Part shown: positions 49,973 through 59,677 of the stretch, one piece after another
Position numbering within the stretch: position 1 is the first letter of the stretch
How the letters are laid out: each line of letters starts with the position of its first letter
NCBI GenBank assembly: GCA_965208105.1
Contig: OZ242318.1
Span: 3,552,001-3,616,000 of the forward strand
Length of the DNA stretch: 64,000 nt
Direction: 5' to 3'
DNA from: Candidatus Latescibacterota bacterium
GTDB taxonomy: Bacteria > Latescibacterota > UBA2968 > UBA8231
Notes under the pieces: generated by a model
Told to the model about the DNA's origin: nothing
What the model saw: only the letters and a program-made list of their open reading frames with translations
Database searches by the model: none
Made by a program: the position numbers and the translations under genes

Positions 49973-50557
49973 ATGACATTGGTTTTACCATTCGCAATCA
50001 CCCCATTCCTGGTCTGCTTTGTTCTGGCCTGGTCAAAAGTGGGGGAGGCGCAAACCAGTGGTCCGGCATCCCTGGCCTATGACCGGACGTTGCTGCAGGA
50101 GGCGACGCGTTTCGGGCCCCTGAGGTTGGCTTTTCCCAAAGCATGCATCGCCTTGACCGACAGTCTGCGGCAGGTGACGGAGGATCGGGCCAATCAGGCC
50201 AGGCGGCACGGATTTCAATACGAAATCGAACACTTCTGCGGCTTTGCGGAAGGGCACGCGCTCGTTTTCAGTCGTATCGTCGATCAGGAGCCTTCCGACG
50301 ACTTTGCTTACCTGGCCGGGTACGAACCAGTCAAACGCCTGTCGAAAGAGGACATTCTGGAGGTGCGATCCATGTATTCTGGAGCGGTAGCCCTGCGGGA
50401 GTACTCTTTTGAGCGCTCGGGCTTTATGGTCAGGCAGGTCTTCGTCCAGACCCCCGAGGCAGTGTACCAGTTGGACGTTCTCATCAGGGAAGCGTGGACC
50501 GAGGTCATGGAAAAAACCTACGAGTCCGTGCTTTCTTCCATTCACATTATTCTCTGA
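49973..50557 (+). CDS. Exported hypothetical protein (possibly PsbP/DcrB-like fold)
   Basis: Hydrophobic N-terminus; C-terminal strand-strand-helix ending YESVLSSI. Confidence 0.55.
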   Translation: MTLVLPFAITPFLVCFVLAWSKVGEAQTSGPASLAYDRTLLQEATRFGPLRLAFPKACIALTDSLRQVTEDRANQARRHGFQYEIEHFCGFAEGHALVFSRIVDQEPSDDFAYLAGYEPVKRLSKEDILEVRSMYSGAVALREYSFERSGFMVRQVFVQTPEAVYQLDVLIREAWTEVMEKTYESVLSSIHIIL

Positions 50558-50568
50558 GGAGGGATCCC

Positions 50569-50853
50569 ATGCAGAAGAAAGTGATCGCCCTTTTGCTGCT
50601 GGCCGTCTTCGTCCTGCCCGGCTGCGCCGCCCACGTTCACGTGGTAGGCGAAGGGGCACAAGGGACGGAAACAGTGGCCTCACGGCAGTTCTACATCATC
50701 TCCCTGGCACCGCTGAACGAGGTGGATACACGCGCCATGGCCGGGGGTGCCGAGGACTACACGATAAAGACAGCAGCAGGTTTCGTTGACATCCTAATCA
50801 CGACTGTCACTTCGGGCATCATCACGTCGCGCAAGGTAGTCGTAGTCAAATAG
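50569..50853 (+). CDS. Bor/Iss-like small lipoprotein
   Basis: GAGGAGG RBS; lipobox-like LPGC; HVHVVGEG, RQFY, GFVD...GIITSR pattern. Confidence 0.75.
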   Translation: MQKKVIALLLLAVFVLPGCAAHVHVVGEGAQGTETVASRQFYIISLAPLNEVDTRAMAGGAEDYTIKTAAGFVDILITTVTSGIITSRKVVVVK

Positions 50854-50864
50854 ACGCCCTGAGA

Positions 50865-50909
50865 AACCCCGTCTGGCTGCCCAGGTTGCTCTTGGTAGCC
50901 AGATGGGTT
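50865..50909 (+). terminator. Stem-loop downstream of lipoprotein gene
   Basis: CCCGTCTGGCTGCC pairs with GGTAGCCAGATGGG (two G-U pairs); no clear U-tract. Confidence 0.35.
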
Positions 50910-51108
50910 GCGAAGACAAGATCTGACTGAAACTGCCTGATCCCGCTACCTCGGGAAATTGGCAACGAGAAGGAAATGGGGTTCGCAAAGGGTGGGTAAT
51001 CTTGCTGGCGGGTACCCCAATGACACAACCAATGATCTGCCGTTCCCTCGGGGCTCAGAAGATCGGCAGTCATGCCCGTGTGACCATGGTCGAAAGGGGG
51101 AGTTATCA

Positions 51109-51727
51109 GTCAAGTCCCCCAGGAACCTGTCAGACTGGGTGAAGGGAGCTCACGCGCAGGCGTAATCGACGGCCGTGTACCGATAGCGCCTGATTTGGCC
51201 AGGGAAGGCAAGAAACTTGACTTCGATCTGCACGTGGCGTCCAGGTACTTGCTTTTCCTACCGTTTCACCACCTGCTTGGCCATGCTGGTGCGTTTGTGG
51301 ACAGTACTGGGCAGCCGTTGGAGTCCATTTCGGGAGAGGGTGCCGCGCACGCCTCTTTCGGAGGTCTCCATCCCGTGGCAGCGTTGCAGATACCGAGAAA
51401 TACGCTGGTCTCCCGAGTGATAGGTACGTCGCAGGTGGAGTTTTTTCTCGATCACCGGGGCGATACGCCAGGACGGGTTTCGGGGACCTGGCCTGCGGTT
51501 GATCAGGCTCTTTTCTCCGTACTTTCGGCTCTGCCTCCTACAACAGTAGTATCTCTCTTGGGAGATCTCGAAGTATTGACAGGTCTTGGACACATTGCCC
51601 GTTGAGCAAGCATGCTCCAAGACCCTGAATTTACAACGGATATCCTTCTTCCTGGGTCATGCTCGACTCCTTGCTCACAGAAATGGTAAATACAAAATCA
51701 GTCAGGAGAAATCGAGCTTGTTTTACT
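51109..51727 (-). mobile_element. Degenerate IS481-family element (transposase pseudogene)
   Basis: AAGGAG plus ATG at 51660, early frameshift, HTH GNVSKTCQYFEIS, internal TAG at 51258-51260, then EKQVPGRHVQIEVKFL...RYTAVD and truncation; ends approximate. Confidence 0.8.
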
Positions 51728-51783
51728 CAGCGCCCAGCGGTAATCAGATGATGGGCGATAAATTTCACCCGACAAGAAGCGCA

Positions 51784-53997
51784 ATGGGTCAACGCAAGGT
51801 GGTCATGAGTATGTTATTTTTTTGTCTCGGATCCACCTGGTTAGGCGCGCTTCCTTCGCTTGCAGCTGAGCGGCCCCGTGTCGCGCTAGTGCTGAGTGGA
51901 GGTGGGGCACGTGGGGGGGCGCATATCGGTGTGCTGCGCGTACTCGAACGCGAAGGTGTCCCTATTGATCTGATCGTGGGGGTGAGTTATGGCGCTTTGG
52001 TGGGTGGATTGTATGCTGCCGGATATTCTGTCGAGGATGTCCAACGCGTTATTGTAGAAACAGACTGGTGGGAAATAACCAGCAACAGCCCGGACCGCCA
52101 GCTGTCAAATATGATCCGAAAACCAATGGTCGATCGTCAGATGCTTGCATTGCACCTTGATGAACTGAAATTGAAATTGCCATATGGGATATTTGCCGGG
52201 CAAAAAATCCATCATTTTCTTAATCAATTGACCCTCGGCGCAACTTATCGGGCACGAAATGATTTTGATCAACTTCCAACCCCTTTTCGCGCAATTGCAA
52301 CAGATATTTTATCCGGTGAACAAGTCGTGATCAATAACGGCTCTCTGGGCGCTGCTATCAGGGCCAGTATTTCCGTTCCAGGAGTTTTTGCGCCCATTAG
52401 TACAGAACATACGCACCTTGTAGATGGCGGCATTGTCAATAATCTGCCTGTGGATGTTGCATTGAACGCCGGCGCTGATTTTGTAATTGCCGTGGATTGC
52501 GCCACGCCCCTGCGCAGTGAAAAACACCAAATTCAGGATATTATCGACGTCATCGATCAAGCGGTCAGTTTCCGAATTGAAGAAAGAAAAATTGCAAACC
52601 GAAAACTCTCCCATGTATTGATATTGCCTGACCTGCACAATTTCGACGCAGGCGATTTCAATCGGTCGTATACCTTGATCCCCATTGGCGAAAGGGCAAC
52701 CGAAAAACATTTGGATTCCATTTGGGGGAAACTACAGACACTTGGAATTCCAAAACGCGTCGGAAAGCCCAGAACATCCAAATTGCCAGTTGAATTTGGC
52801 GTCAGAGCATGGGCGGATATTCCTCCGGATATTGTTGTTGACCGGGTTCGGATAGAAGGTGTAAATCGCTATTCCGAAGCGTTGTTCAGGTTACGGTTGG
52901 AAAGGTTTGTCAACAAGCCTATATCCTTTCAGGAGCTGGAACGCGAGTCCGGGCGGTTGTATGCGACTGGATTGTTTCAAACGGTAGATTACCATGTTAT
53001 CTATCACGAAGGGCAGACCGAGTTGGTTTTTCACGTCTTGGAGAACCCTCCCAGCGAGTTGAAAGTCGGGATTCACTACAACAACGATTACCGAGTATCG
53101 ATATTGGGCGAGTATGCTCATCAAAATACCCTTGGGCGCATATCGGAGCTTTATCTTCGGGGTTTGGTAGGCAATTTGAATTTTGTTGAAATGGTCTTGA
53201 TTTTCCGTTCATTCAAGCGCTTCGGTTTGTTCGGGGAGGTTCAGCGTTGGGATCAAGAGCGGTTCTATTTTCAAAATCGCCAACGTGAGGGCGGGTACGA
53301 GGAAAGACGTGTCCACGCACGGCTTGGATTGCAGGCATTGTTCCACAGTTGGGGTGGTTTAAGGGTTGGGTACCAGGTGGAGCATGCCAGAATCCGCTAT
53401 GCGTTGCGTTCAATAGGCAATGCGTCAGAATATCTGCCCGGTATTTGGTTGTCCGCAGGGATTGACACGCGAGACGATGCGTTCCTGCCGAAGCGAGGCA
53501 TTTATTTTCAATCTTGGGGTAAAATGATTCATCGAACGTTTTCGCATAGGCAATTTCAAACGCAACTCGCCTTCTTCGCCAGTCCCCTTTCGCGATGGAG
53601 TATGGGCATCTGGTCCTACGGAGGGTATATGACCCAGCCTGCACCGATTTTTGAATATTTCCAATTGGGTGGTGCAGGACACTTCAGTGGCGGGGCATTG
53701 CCGGTAGTCGGTCTGAAACAAGATGAACTGAGGGTTTCCCGGTTCGCATCGATCGGCATATCAGTATGGAGACATGTTAAATTTTTTCAATCTCTGCCAC
53801 GGAGTGGTGTCGGGGTTTTCTATCAGGGCGGTCTATACCATATGGATTCTGATCCGGGGCAAGATTATTCCCCTATTCACGGATTCGGAATTGGGGGTTA
53901 CATCAGCACAACTCTATTGGGTCCCATTCGCGTTGATATCGAGAGTACGGAAAAAAAGGATATAAAGATTAATGCCGCTGTCGGATTTGCGCTTTGA
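51784..53997 (+). CDS. Patatin-like phospholipase + POTRA + Omp85-like barrel (PlpD / type Vd-like)
   Basis: Signal peptide; VLSGGGARG, GVSYG, IRASISVPG, VDGG; POTRA LYATGLFQTV; barrel ending LGPIRVD...VGFAL. Confidence 0.88.
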   Translation: MGQRKVVMSMLFFCLGSTWLGALPSLAAERPRVALVLSGGGARGGAHIGVLRVLEREGVPIDLIVGVSYGALVGGLYAAGYSVEDVQRVIVETDWWEITSNSPDRQLSNMIRKPMVDRQMLALHLDELKLKLPYGIFAGQKIHHFLNQLTLGATYRARNDFDQLPTPFRAIATDILSGEQVVINNGSLGAAIRASISVPGVFAPISTEHTHLVDGGIVNNLPVDVALNAGADFVIAVDCATPLRSEKHQIQDIIDVIDQAVSFRIEERKIANRKLSHVLILPDLHNFDAGDFNRSYTLIPIGERATEKHLDSIWGKLQTLGIPKRVGKPRTSKLPVEFGVRAWADIPPDIVVDRVRIEGVNRYSEALFRLRLERFVNKPISFQELERESGRLYATGLFQTVDYHVIYHEGQTELVFHVLENPPSELKVGIHYNNDYRVSILGEYAHQNTLGRISELYLRGLVGNLNFVEMVLIFRSFKRFGLFGEVQRWDQERFYFQNRQREGGYEERRVHARLGLQALFHSWGGLRVGYQVEHARIRYALRSIGNASEYLPGIWLSAGIDTRDDAFLPKRGIYFQSWGKMIHRTFSHRQFQTQLAFFASPLSRWSMGIWSYGGYMTQPAPIFEYFQLGGAGHFSGGALPVVGLKQDELRVSRFASIGISVWRHVKFFQSLPRSGVGVFYQGGLYHMDSDPGQDYSPIHGFGIGGYISTTLLGPIRVDIESTEKKDIKINAAVGFAL

Positions 53998-54087
53998 TGT
54001 CAAGGTTAATTCTTTTTGCGTGGTGGGGTGTTGCCATTCGTGCGGGTTGAGGTTGACCGAATCACCCAGATAGCGAAAAGGACGAGA

Positions 54088-56793
54088 GTGGTATTTTCCA
54101 AGGTGAATCCCCTTTCTTTTCTGCTTGTGCTCGTTTTTTCTTTTCCTGCGACAGGAGAACAGCAGAAAGATTCAGTTCCCCCCGGATGGCGGATTCACCG
54201 CTCCGTCCCTCCCCCAGGCGCCACGACTCACGTTGTGGTTCCGGGGGAAAGGTTTCGCGCCGGCTCCTTCAAACGCTGGTTCTACGGCAGCGACTATCGG
54301 GATCTCTGGACAACTCCCATCGAGGTCGAGGTTATCGACCTCGGCAGCGTCGGAGGCGGCCTGACGCCGCTGCGCACCGGCGGATTCGGGCAGTCCATCT
54401 CCCTTCATTTTACCGGGGAGGACGGTCGCCGCTATACGGTCCGCTCCTTGGACAAGGACCCCACCAAAAAGATATGGGACGTGCTCAAGGGCACGATCGC
54501 CGACGACCTTCTCCAGGATCTGATCGCCGCTCTTCTGCCGGCCGGGGCGCTGGTGACCGATCCGCTGATGGCGGCGGCGGGGATCCTCCATTCCGAACAC
54601 ACCCTCGTCGTCATTCCCGACGATCCCAGGCTGGGGGAGTACCGCCAGGAATTCGCCGGCCTGATCGGGACGCTGCAGGAACACCCTTCCGAAGGGGTGG
54701 ACGATACTCCCGGCTTTGCCAAGTCCCGCAAGATCAGCGGGACGGAGAAGCTGTGGAAACGCCTGGAAAAGAGCCCATGCAACCGGGTCGATGCCCGGGC
54801 CTACCTGAATGCCAGGCTCATGGACTTTCTCATTGGGGACAAGGACCGCCATTTCGGTCAGTGGAGGTGGGCGCGGTTCCCGGACGGGGATCGCCATACA
54901 TGGCTTCCCATACCGGAGGACCGGGACCAGGCTTTCATCGACCTCGACGGGTTTGCCATGGCCGTGGCTCGCAGGGGCCTTCCAAGGCAGATCGAATTTG
55001 GTGTCAGTTATCCGAATGTAGTGGGTTTGTCGATCACGGGCTGGGAGATAGATCGAGAGTTTCTGGTTGAGCTCGACAAGGCAGCGTGGGATTCGGTGGT
55101 GACGGAGTTCCAGGGCTCCCTTCCCGACCCGGTCATCGAGGAGGCGGTGAGAAGGCTCCCGCAGCCGTATTACGAGATGGTCGGGGAAGACTTGGCCAGG
55201 GCGCTGAAGTCGAGGCGGGACGCCTTGCCTGGATTTATCGACCGCTACTACGAGCTGATTACCCGAGAGGTCGAAATCCAGGCCACCGACAAGGACGAGT
55301 ACGCCTGGTGCGAGCATCTTCCGGGCGGCGACCTCGTGGTCCGCATCGGTCTGAGGGAAGGTCCCGGCGGGAGCAGAAAAGACCCCTACTTCCAGCGGAC
55401 CTTTCGTCACCAGGAAACCCGGGAAGTGCGAATATACCTCAGAGGAGGAGCCGATCACGCCGAAGTATTGGGATCGAAAGGACGGATTGAGGTGCGGGTC
55501 GACGGCGGCGGGGGTGATGATACCTTCACGAACTCATCCCGGGCTGGACCCTCGAAGACCAGGTTCTACGATTATCGCGGAAAAAACCGGTTCGACAAGG
55601 GCAGGGGGGCGAAAGTCGACGAGAGCCCCTACAAGCGTCCTCCCCCGACTGTTCTGCGCGCACGCTACGCTTTGGATTGGGGCAGGGAGACCATTTCCTT
55701 CCCGATCTTCATGGTGACCCCGGATCTGGGTGTATTTGTTGGGGGTGTAGCCAGTAGGAAATACTTTGGGTATCGAAAGGATCCCTTCTCTTCAAGTCAC
55801 TCCATAAGGGTCGGGTTTGCCATGAATCGTCTCAAGCCCTCCGTATCCTATACCGGATCTTTCCGCAGGTCGCTGTTCGGCTTCGACGCTGAGGTCAATC
55901 TTATGTACTCCGGGCTCCAAGTGATCCGCTACAACGGACCCGGCAACCAAACCAGGGTCCGGCTTCCGGCATCCTTTTACGAGGTGGAGCAGAATCATTT
56001 CGCCTTGGCGCCATTCCTCCAGTTCAGCGCCAATTCGCATGAAGGGGTCGGATCTCACGGCGGCGTGAAGTCGACCAGGCAGAAGTTGACCTTCGGCCTG
56101 GGGCCCGTCGTCAAGTATTCCAACACGCCTCTGAGTTCGAACGAAGGCAAGTTCATCGTTTCCCAGGGTCACTCGGTATACGGCACCGGTTCCTTCGGCC
56201 AGGCTGGGGCACAAGGAGAAATCTCATACGACGACCGCGACAATTTGGGGTATCCCTCCCGGGGAATCCTGGTCAGGCTCGCCGGAGCGGTCTATCCGGG
56301 GATTTGGGATGTGGAATCGGCCTTCGCCAGCCTAGATGGGGAAACGCGTGCTTATCTCACCGCTCCAGTTCCCTTGAGGCCGACCCTTGCCTTGCGGGTG
56401 GGCGGCAAGAAATTATGGGGGACCTATCCCTACCAGGAGAGCGCCTTTCTGGGTGGTCCGGGCCTGATCGCCGGCGATGCATCGGGGGGCAGCTTGCGTG
56501 GTTTCCGAAAAAACCGGTTCGCAGGAGACATCTCCTTGTACGGAAATTCCGAGCTGCGCCTGGTTTTAGCGAAGATCAGGCTGTTGGTGCCCGGTGAGCT
56601 GGGCTTGTTCGCCGCGGCCGACGCCGGTCGGGTGATTTACTCCGAGGATCCGGACGATGCCGGAGGTTGGCACAGGGGGGTCGGAGGTGGATTGTGGATG
56701 TCTTTCCTCCAGCAGCGGCAGACCTTGAGCGTGGCGGCCGTAAGCGGCGATGACCTGACGGGAGTGTACGTTCGTGCTGGTCTCCCGTTTTAG
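54088..56793 (+). CDS. BamA/TamA (Omp85)-type outer membrane protein with N-terminal atypical-kinase-like domain
   Basis: Signal peptide; GGLTP..GGFGQS, VRSLDKDP, GDKDRH, PEDRDQAF; barrel DDRDN..PSRG, LRGFRKNRFAG, terminal Phe. Confidence 0.8.
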   Translation: MVFSKVNPLSFLLVLVFSFPATGEQQKDSVPPGWRIHRSVPPPGATTHVVVPGERFRAGSFKRWFYGSDYRDLWTTPIEVEVIDLGSVGGGLTPLRTGGFGQSISLHFTGEDGRRYTVRSLDKDPTKKIWDVLKGTIADDLLQDLIAALLPAGALVTDPLMAAAGILHSEHTLVVIPDDPRLGEYRQEFAGLIGTLQEHPSEGVDDTPGFAKSRKISGTEKLWKRLEKSPCNRVDARAYLNARLMDFLIGDKDRHFGQWRWARFPDGDRHTWLPIPEDRDQAFIDLDGFAMAVARRGLPRQIEFGVSYPNVVGLSITGWEIDREFLVELDKAAWDSVVTEFQGSLPDPVIEEAVRRLPQPYYEMVGEDLARALKSRRDALPGFIDRYYELITREVEIQATDKDEYAWCEHLPGGDLVVRIGLREGPGGSRKDPYFQRTFRHQETREVRIYLRGGADHAEVLGSKGRIEVRVDGGGGDDTFTNSSRAGPSKTRFYDYRGKNRFDKGRGAKVDESPYKRPPPTVLRARYALDWGRETISFPIFMVTPDLGVFVGGVASRKYFGYRKDPFSSSHSIRVGFAMNRLKPSVSYTGSFRRSLFGFDAEVNLMYSGLQVIRYNGPGNQTRVRLPASFYEVEQNHFALAPFLQFSANSHEGVGSHGGVKSTRQKLTFGLGPVVKYSNTPLSSNEGKFIVSQGHSVYGTGSFGQAGAQGEISYDDRDNLGYPSRGILVRLAGAVYPGIWDVESAFASLDGETRAYLTAPVPLRPTLALRVGGKKLWGTYPYQESAFLGGPGLIAGDASGGSLRGFRKNRFAGDISLYGNSELRLVLAKIRLLVPGELGLFAAADAGRVIYSEDPDDAGGWHRGVGGGLWMSFLQQRQTLSVAAVSGDDLTGVYVRAGLPF

Positions 56794-56804
56794 CAAAAAG
56801 GAGG

Positions 56805-57755
56805 GTGCAATTGCTCCGTAACATTATCGTTCGTCTCGTGATTTACTACGCCGCATGGATGCTGGCTCTAAGCGGGATTTTTCATCTCTTTCCCCAGATC
56901 CTCTATTATGTCGCCCTGGAGCGCGAACGCATCTTCGTCGCCAAAGGCCTGGATCCCGGGACCGACACCGTTCCCTTTCCACTTGGGGATATCCAGGAAG
57001 GAGTTGCCCGGCTCGCCGATCCGGCACACACCATCCCGGTCGTGGTCGCCCTCGTTCTGGCTTTCGGAGTTACTCTCCCGGTCGCCTGGGTATACCGTTG
57101 GACGCGGCCGCGCAAAAAATACAATCAATCCTTTGCGCAGACCCTGCTCGTGGTGCCCGTCTCCATTGCCCTGGTTGTTTTTCTTGTCAAAGGCAGTCTT
57201 GCCCTTGCCTTCAGTCTGGCCGGCATCGTGGCTGCAGTCCGCTTCCGGACTACACTCGACGAGCCGATAGATGCCGTGTACATGTTTATGGCCATCGGCA
57301 TCGGCCTGGCCGCCGGAACTCAGCTTACGACCGTGGCCTACCTCTCATCGTTGTTTTTCGTTGCCATAGCGCTCGGTGTATGGAAGATCAATTTCGGATC
57401 GGAGCCTGCAGAAATATCAGGCTGGAGAATTGTCGAGTTAAAAAAATCGAGCCGGGAATCCGGAGCAGGGGGCCGATTCGCTACCGCTGGGAAACCATAC
57501 AACGCGCAAATTAGGGTGAACACCACTAAGGTGGAGCAGGCTCAAAGAGCAACGACTCTGATTCTGAAATCCAGAGCCAAGCGCTGGGAGGTGGCGGAGG
57601 TGATCAAGAACGCCGACGGAGCGGGCGTCGTTGTCTTTGAGGCCTGGTTGAAAAAGTCGGTCAACCCTCCTTCCTTCATCCGCGAAATCGAGGAAAGCGG
57701 AAAAGGCTATATCAACAACGTGAGACTGAAGAGGTACGAGCCTGCCAAGGCATAA
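56805..57755 (+). CDS. DUF4956-like inner membrane protein
   Basis: SFAQTL, GSLALAFSLAGIVAAVRFRT, DAVYMFMAIGIGLAAG, plus soluble C-terminal domain; AGGAGG RBS. Confidence 0.85.
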   Translation: MQLLRNIIVRLVIYYAAWMLALSGIFHLFPQILYYVALERERIFVAKGLDPGTDTVPFPLGDIQEGVARLADPAHTIPVVVALVLAFGVTLPVAWVYRWTRPRKKYNQSFAQTLLVVPVSIALVVFLVKGSLALAFSLAGIVAAVRFRTTLDEPIDAVYMFMAIGIGLAAGTQLTTVAYLSSLFFVAIALGVWKINFGSEPAEISGWRIVELKKSSRESGAGGRFATAGKPYNAQIRVNTTKVEQAQRATTLILKSRAKRWEVAEVIKNADGAGVVVFEAWLKKSVNPPSFIREIEESGKGYINNVRLKRYEPAKA

Positions 57756-57761
57756 TCGAAA

Positions 57762-58733
57762 ATGCGGAATAGAGGAGATAAATTTCTGCTGGCCTTCCTT
57801 GGTGCCGGCGTTTTGGTTTACCTGATTTCCTTAGGCGTTGAAGAGGATTCGTCGGCAGGTTTGGATGAGGATTTGACAACTCCGGATCCGGAATCTTCAA
57901 TGGTCCGCGCCTGGGCCGATAGCAAGACGGAATCACAAAGGGAGATTTCCCTCCAAGGTTACAGCCTGCAGGCAGAGACCGCAACCCACTGGAAGCTGCC
58001 CGGGCGTCTAGTGGAAATTTCCGGTCTGGCAATGACCGTGAACAATCGACTTCTCGCACACAATGATGAAAGAGGGATAATTTACGAGATTGACTATCGG
58101 AATAAGTCCATTGTCAAGGCGTTCCAACTGGCGGATACGGAGAACCCGGTTGCAGATGATTTTGAGGGTATTGCGACCGCCGACGGTCAGGTCTACCTGG
58201 TCACAAGTTTGGGGCGGCTGTACGAATGCAGAGAGGGAACCGGTGGCGAGTCGGTCCTCTACAACATCTATACTACCGGAGTCGGGAGAGAATGCGAAAT
58301 AGAGGGCTTGGCCTACGACCAAAGCCAGCGTGCGCTTTTGCTGATGTGCAAGGGACCCAGGAGTGCAGACCTGGAAGGACAGCTAGTTGTATATCATTGG
58401 TCGATTGACGACAAACAACTACTGAATGACGCACGCACCATCATACCTATGATTGAATTCTCCCGGCATCTCGGGGAAAGGAAGTTCCATCCTTCCGGAA
58501 TCGAACGCCACCCTGGGTCAGGAAATTACTATGTCGTTGCTGCCCGTCAGGGAGCCATTGCGGAGATTGAGTCGGGTGGTCAAGTGGTCTCGGTCAGGCG
58601 GTTCACTGCACCGTGGCATCGTCAGGTTGAAGGCATTACCTTCGCTGCAGACAACACATTGATCGTTGCTGACGAAGGCGCCGGGGGAAAGGCGAGACTG
58701 ACTCTTTACCCGGTGTCGGTCCGGGGGCAGTAG
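57762..58733 (+). CDS. SdiA-regulated/YjiK-like beta-propeller, membrane-anchored
   Basis: N-terminal TM; EISGLA, HNDERG, DFEGIA, EIEGLAYD, HPSGI, QVEGITF, ADEG. Confidence 0.82.
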   Translation: MRNRGDKFLLAFLGAGVLVYLISLGVEEDSSAGLDEDLTTPDPESSMVRAWADSKTESQREISLQGYSLQAETATHWKLPGRLVEISGLAMTVNNRLLAHNDERGIIYEIDYRNKSIVKAFQLADTENPVADDFEGIATADGQVYLVTSLGRLYECREGTGGESVLYNIYTTGVGRECEIEGLAYDQSQRALLLMCKGPRSADLEGQLVVYHWSIDDKQLLNDARTIIPMIEFSRHLGERKFHPSGIERHPGSGNYYVVAARQGAIAEIESGGQVVSVRRFTAPWHRQVEGITFAADNTLIVADEGAGGKARLTLYPVSVRGQ

Positions 58734-58770
58734 CGGCAACTTCTCATAAGCGATCCCCCAATTTACATCC

Positions 58771-59661
58771 CTAGGTCAGCCCGTAGATGCGCACGGCATT
58801 GTCGTGCAGCAGCTTTCTGCGCTCTTCCTCGCTGCGGTCGGCGATGATCTCCACAAGCGCCGCGACCCATTCGCGATAGGAGGCTCCCAGGGTGCAGACG
58901 GGCCAGTCGCCGCCGAAGACGACGCGGTCGGGGCCGAAGCAGTCGAGGCAGTGGTCGACGCTGGGAGCCAGGTCCGCGGCGGTCCACCCTTCTCGGGCGC
59001 GGGCGACGATCCCGGAGATCTTGCAGGTCAGGTTCTCCCTTTTGCCCAGTTCCTCGATATCGCTCATCCACTGCCCGCGCGAGTGCAGGTAGGTGCCGTC
59101 GCCGGGCTCGGGGTCGCGGCCGGCCACTATGTTGGGATCGGCGTTGCCGCAGTGATCGAGAATGAACCGGGTGCCGGGACACTGGTCGACGAGGGCGCCC
59201 GCGTCGCTCAACTCGGCCGGGCGCAGGCACAGGTCGAAGAGCAGGCCGGATTCTCCCAGGTAGCGGACGTCCTCGACGAACGCCGGTTCGAGACAGATTC
59301 CCGGCGGATGTTCCGGGGCGTGGAGTACCTGCCGCACCCCTTTGAAGCTCGAGTTCCCCCTGAAACGGTCGATATAGTCCCGGAAACCCTCCCTGGCAGG
59401 GAAGCCGGAGAGGACGGCGCCGCAGGTGGGGTTGTCGTCGCGGCCGCACAGGTCGAGGACGTAGTCGGCTTCGGCGGCCTTCAGCGCGGGCAGGGCGTCC
59501 ACCTCCATGTATACGGCTTTTACCACGTTCAGGTCCCTGGTGGCCTCGAGGTAGTCGGCGGTCACGTAGCTCCTGTTCAAGGTCCCCGAGCCCGCGGTCC
59601 AGGCCATCGAGATCCTGTCCAGGTCCCAGAGATGCTGGTGGGTGTCGACGATGGGAAGCAT
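58771..59661 (-). CDS. Amidohydrolase_2 family (sugar-lactonase-like)
   Basis: IVDTHQHLWD, KGVRQVL, FILDHCG, CKISG, FGGDWPVC, NAVRIY. Confidence 0.9.
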   Translation of the reverse strand: MLPIVDTHQHLWDLDRISMAWTAGSGTLNRSYVTADYLEATRDLNVVKAVYMEVDALPALKAAEADYVLDLCGRDDNPTCGAVLSGFPAREGFRDYIDRFRGNSSFKGVRQVLHAPEHPPGICLEPAFVEDVRYLGESGLLFDLCLRPAELSDAGALVDQCPGTRFILDHCGNADPNIVAGRDPEPGDGTYLHSRGQWMSDIEELGKRENLTCKISGIVARAREGWTAADLAPSVDHCLDCFGPDRVVFGGDWPVCTLGASYREWVAALVEIIADRSEEERRKLLHDNAVRIYGLT

Positions 59662-59677
59662 GTCTCTTTTTCCTCCT

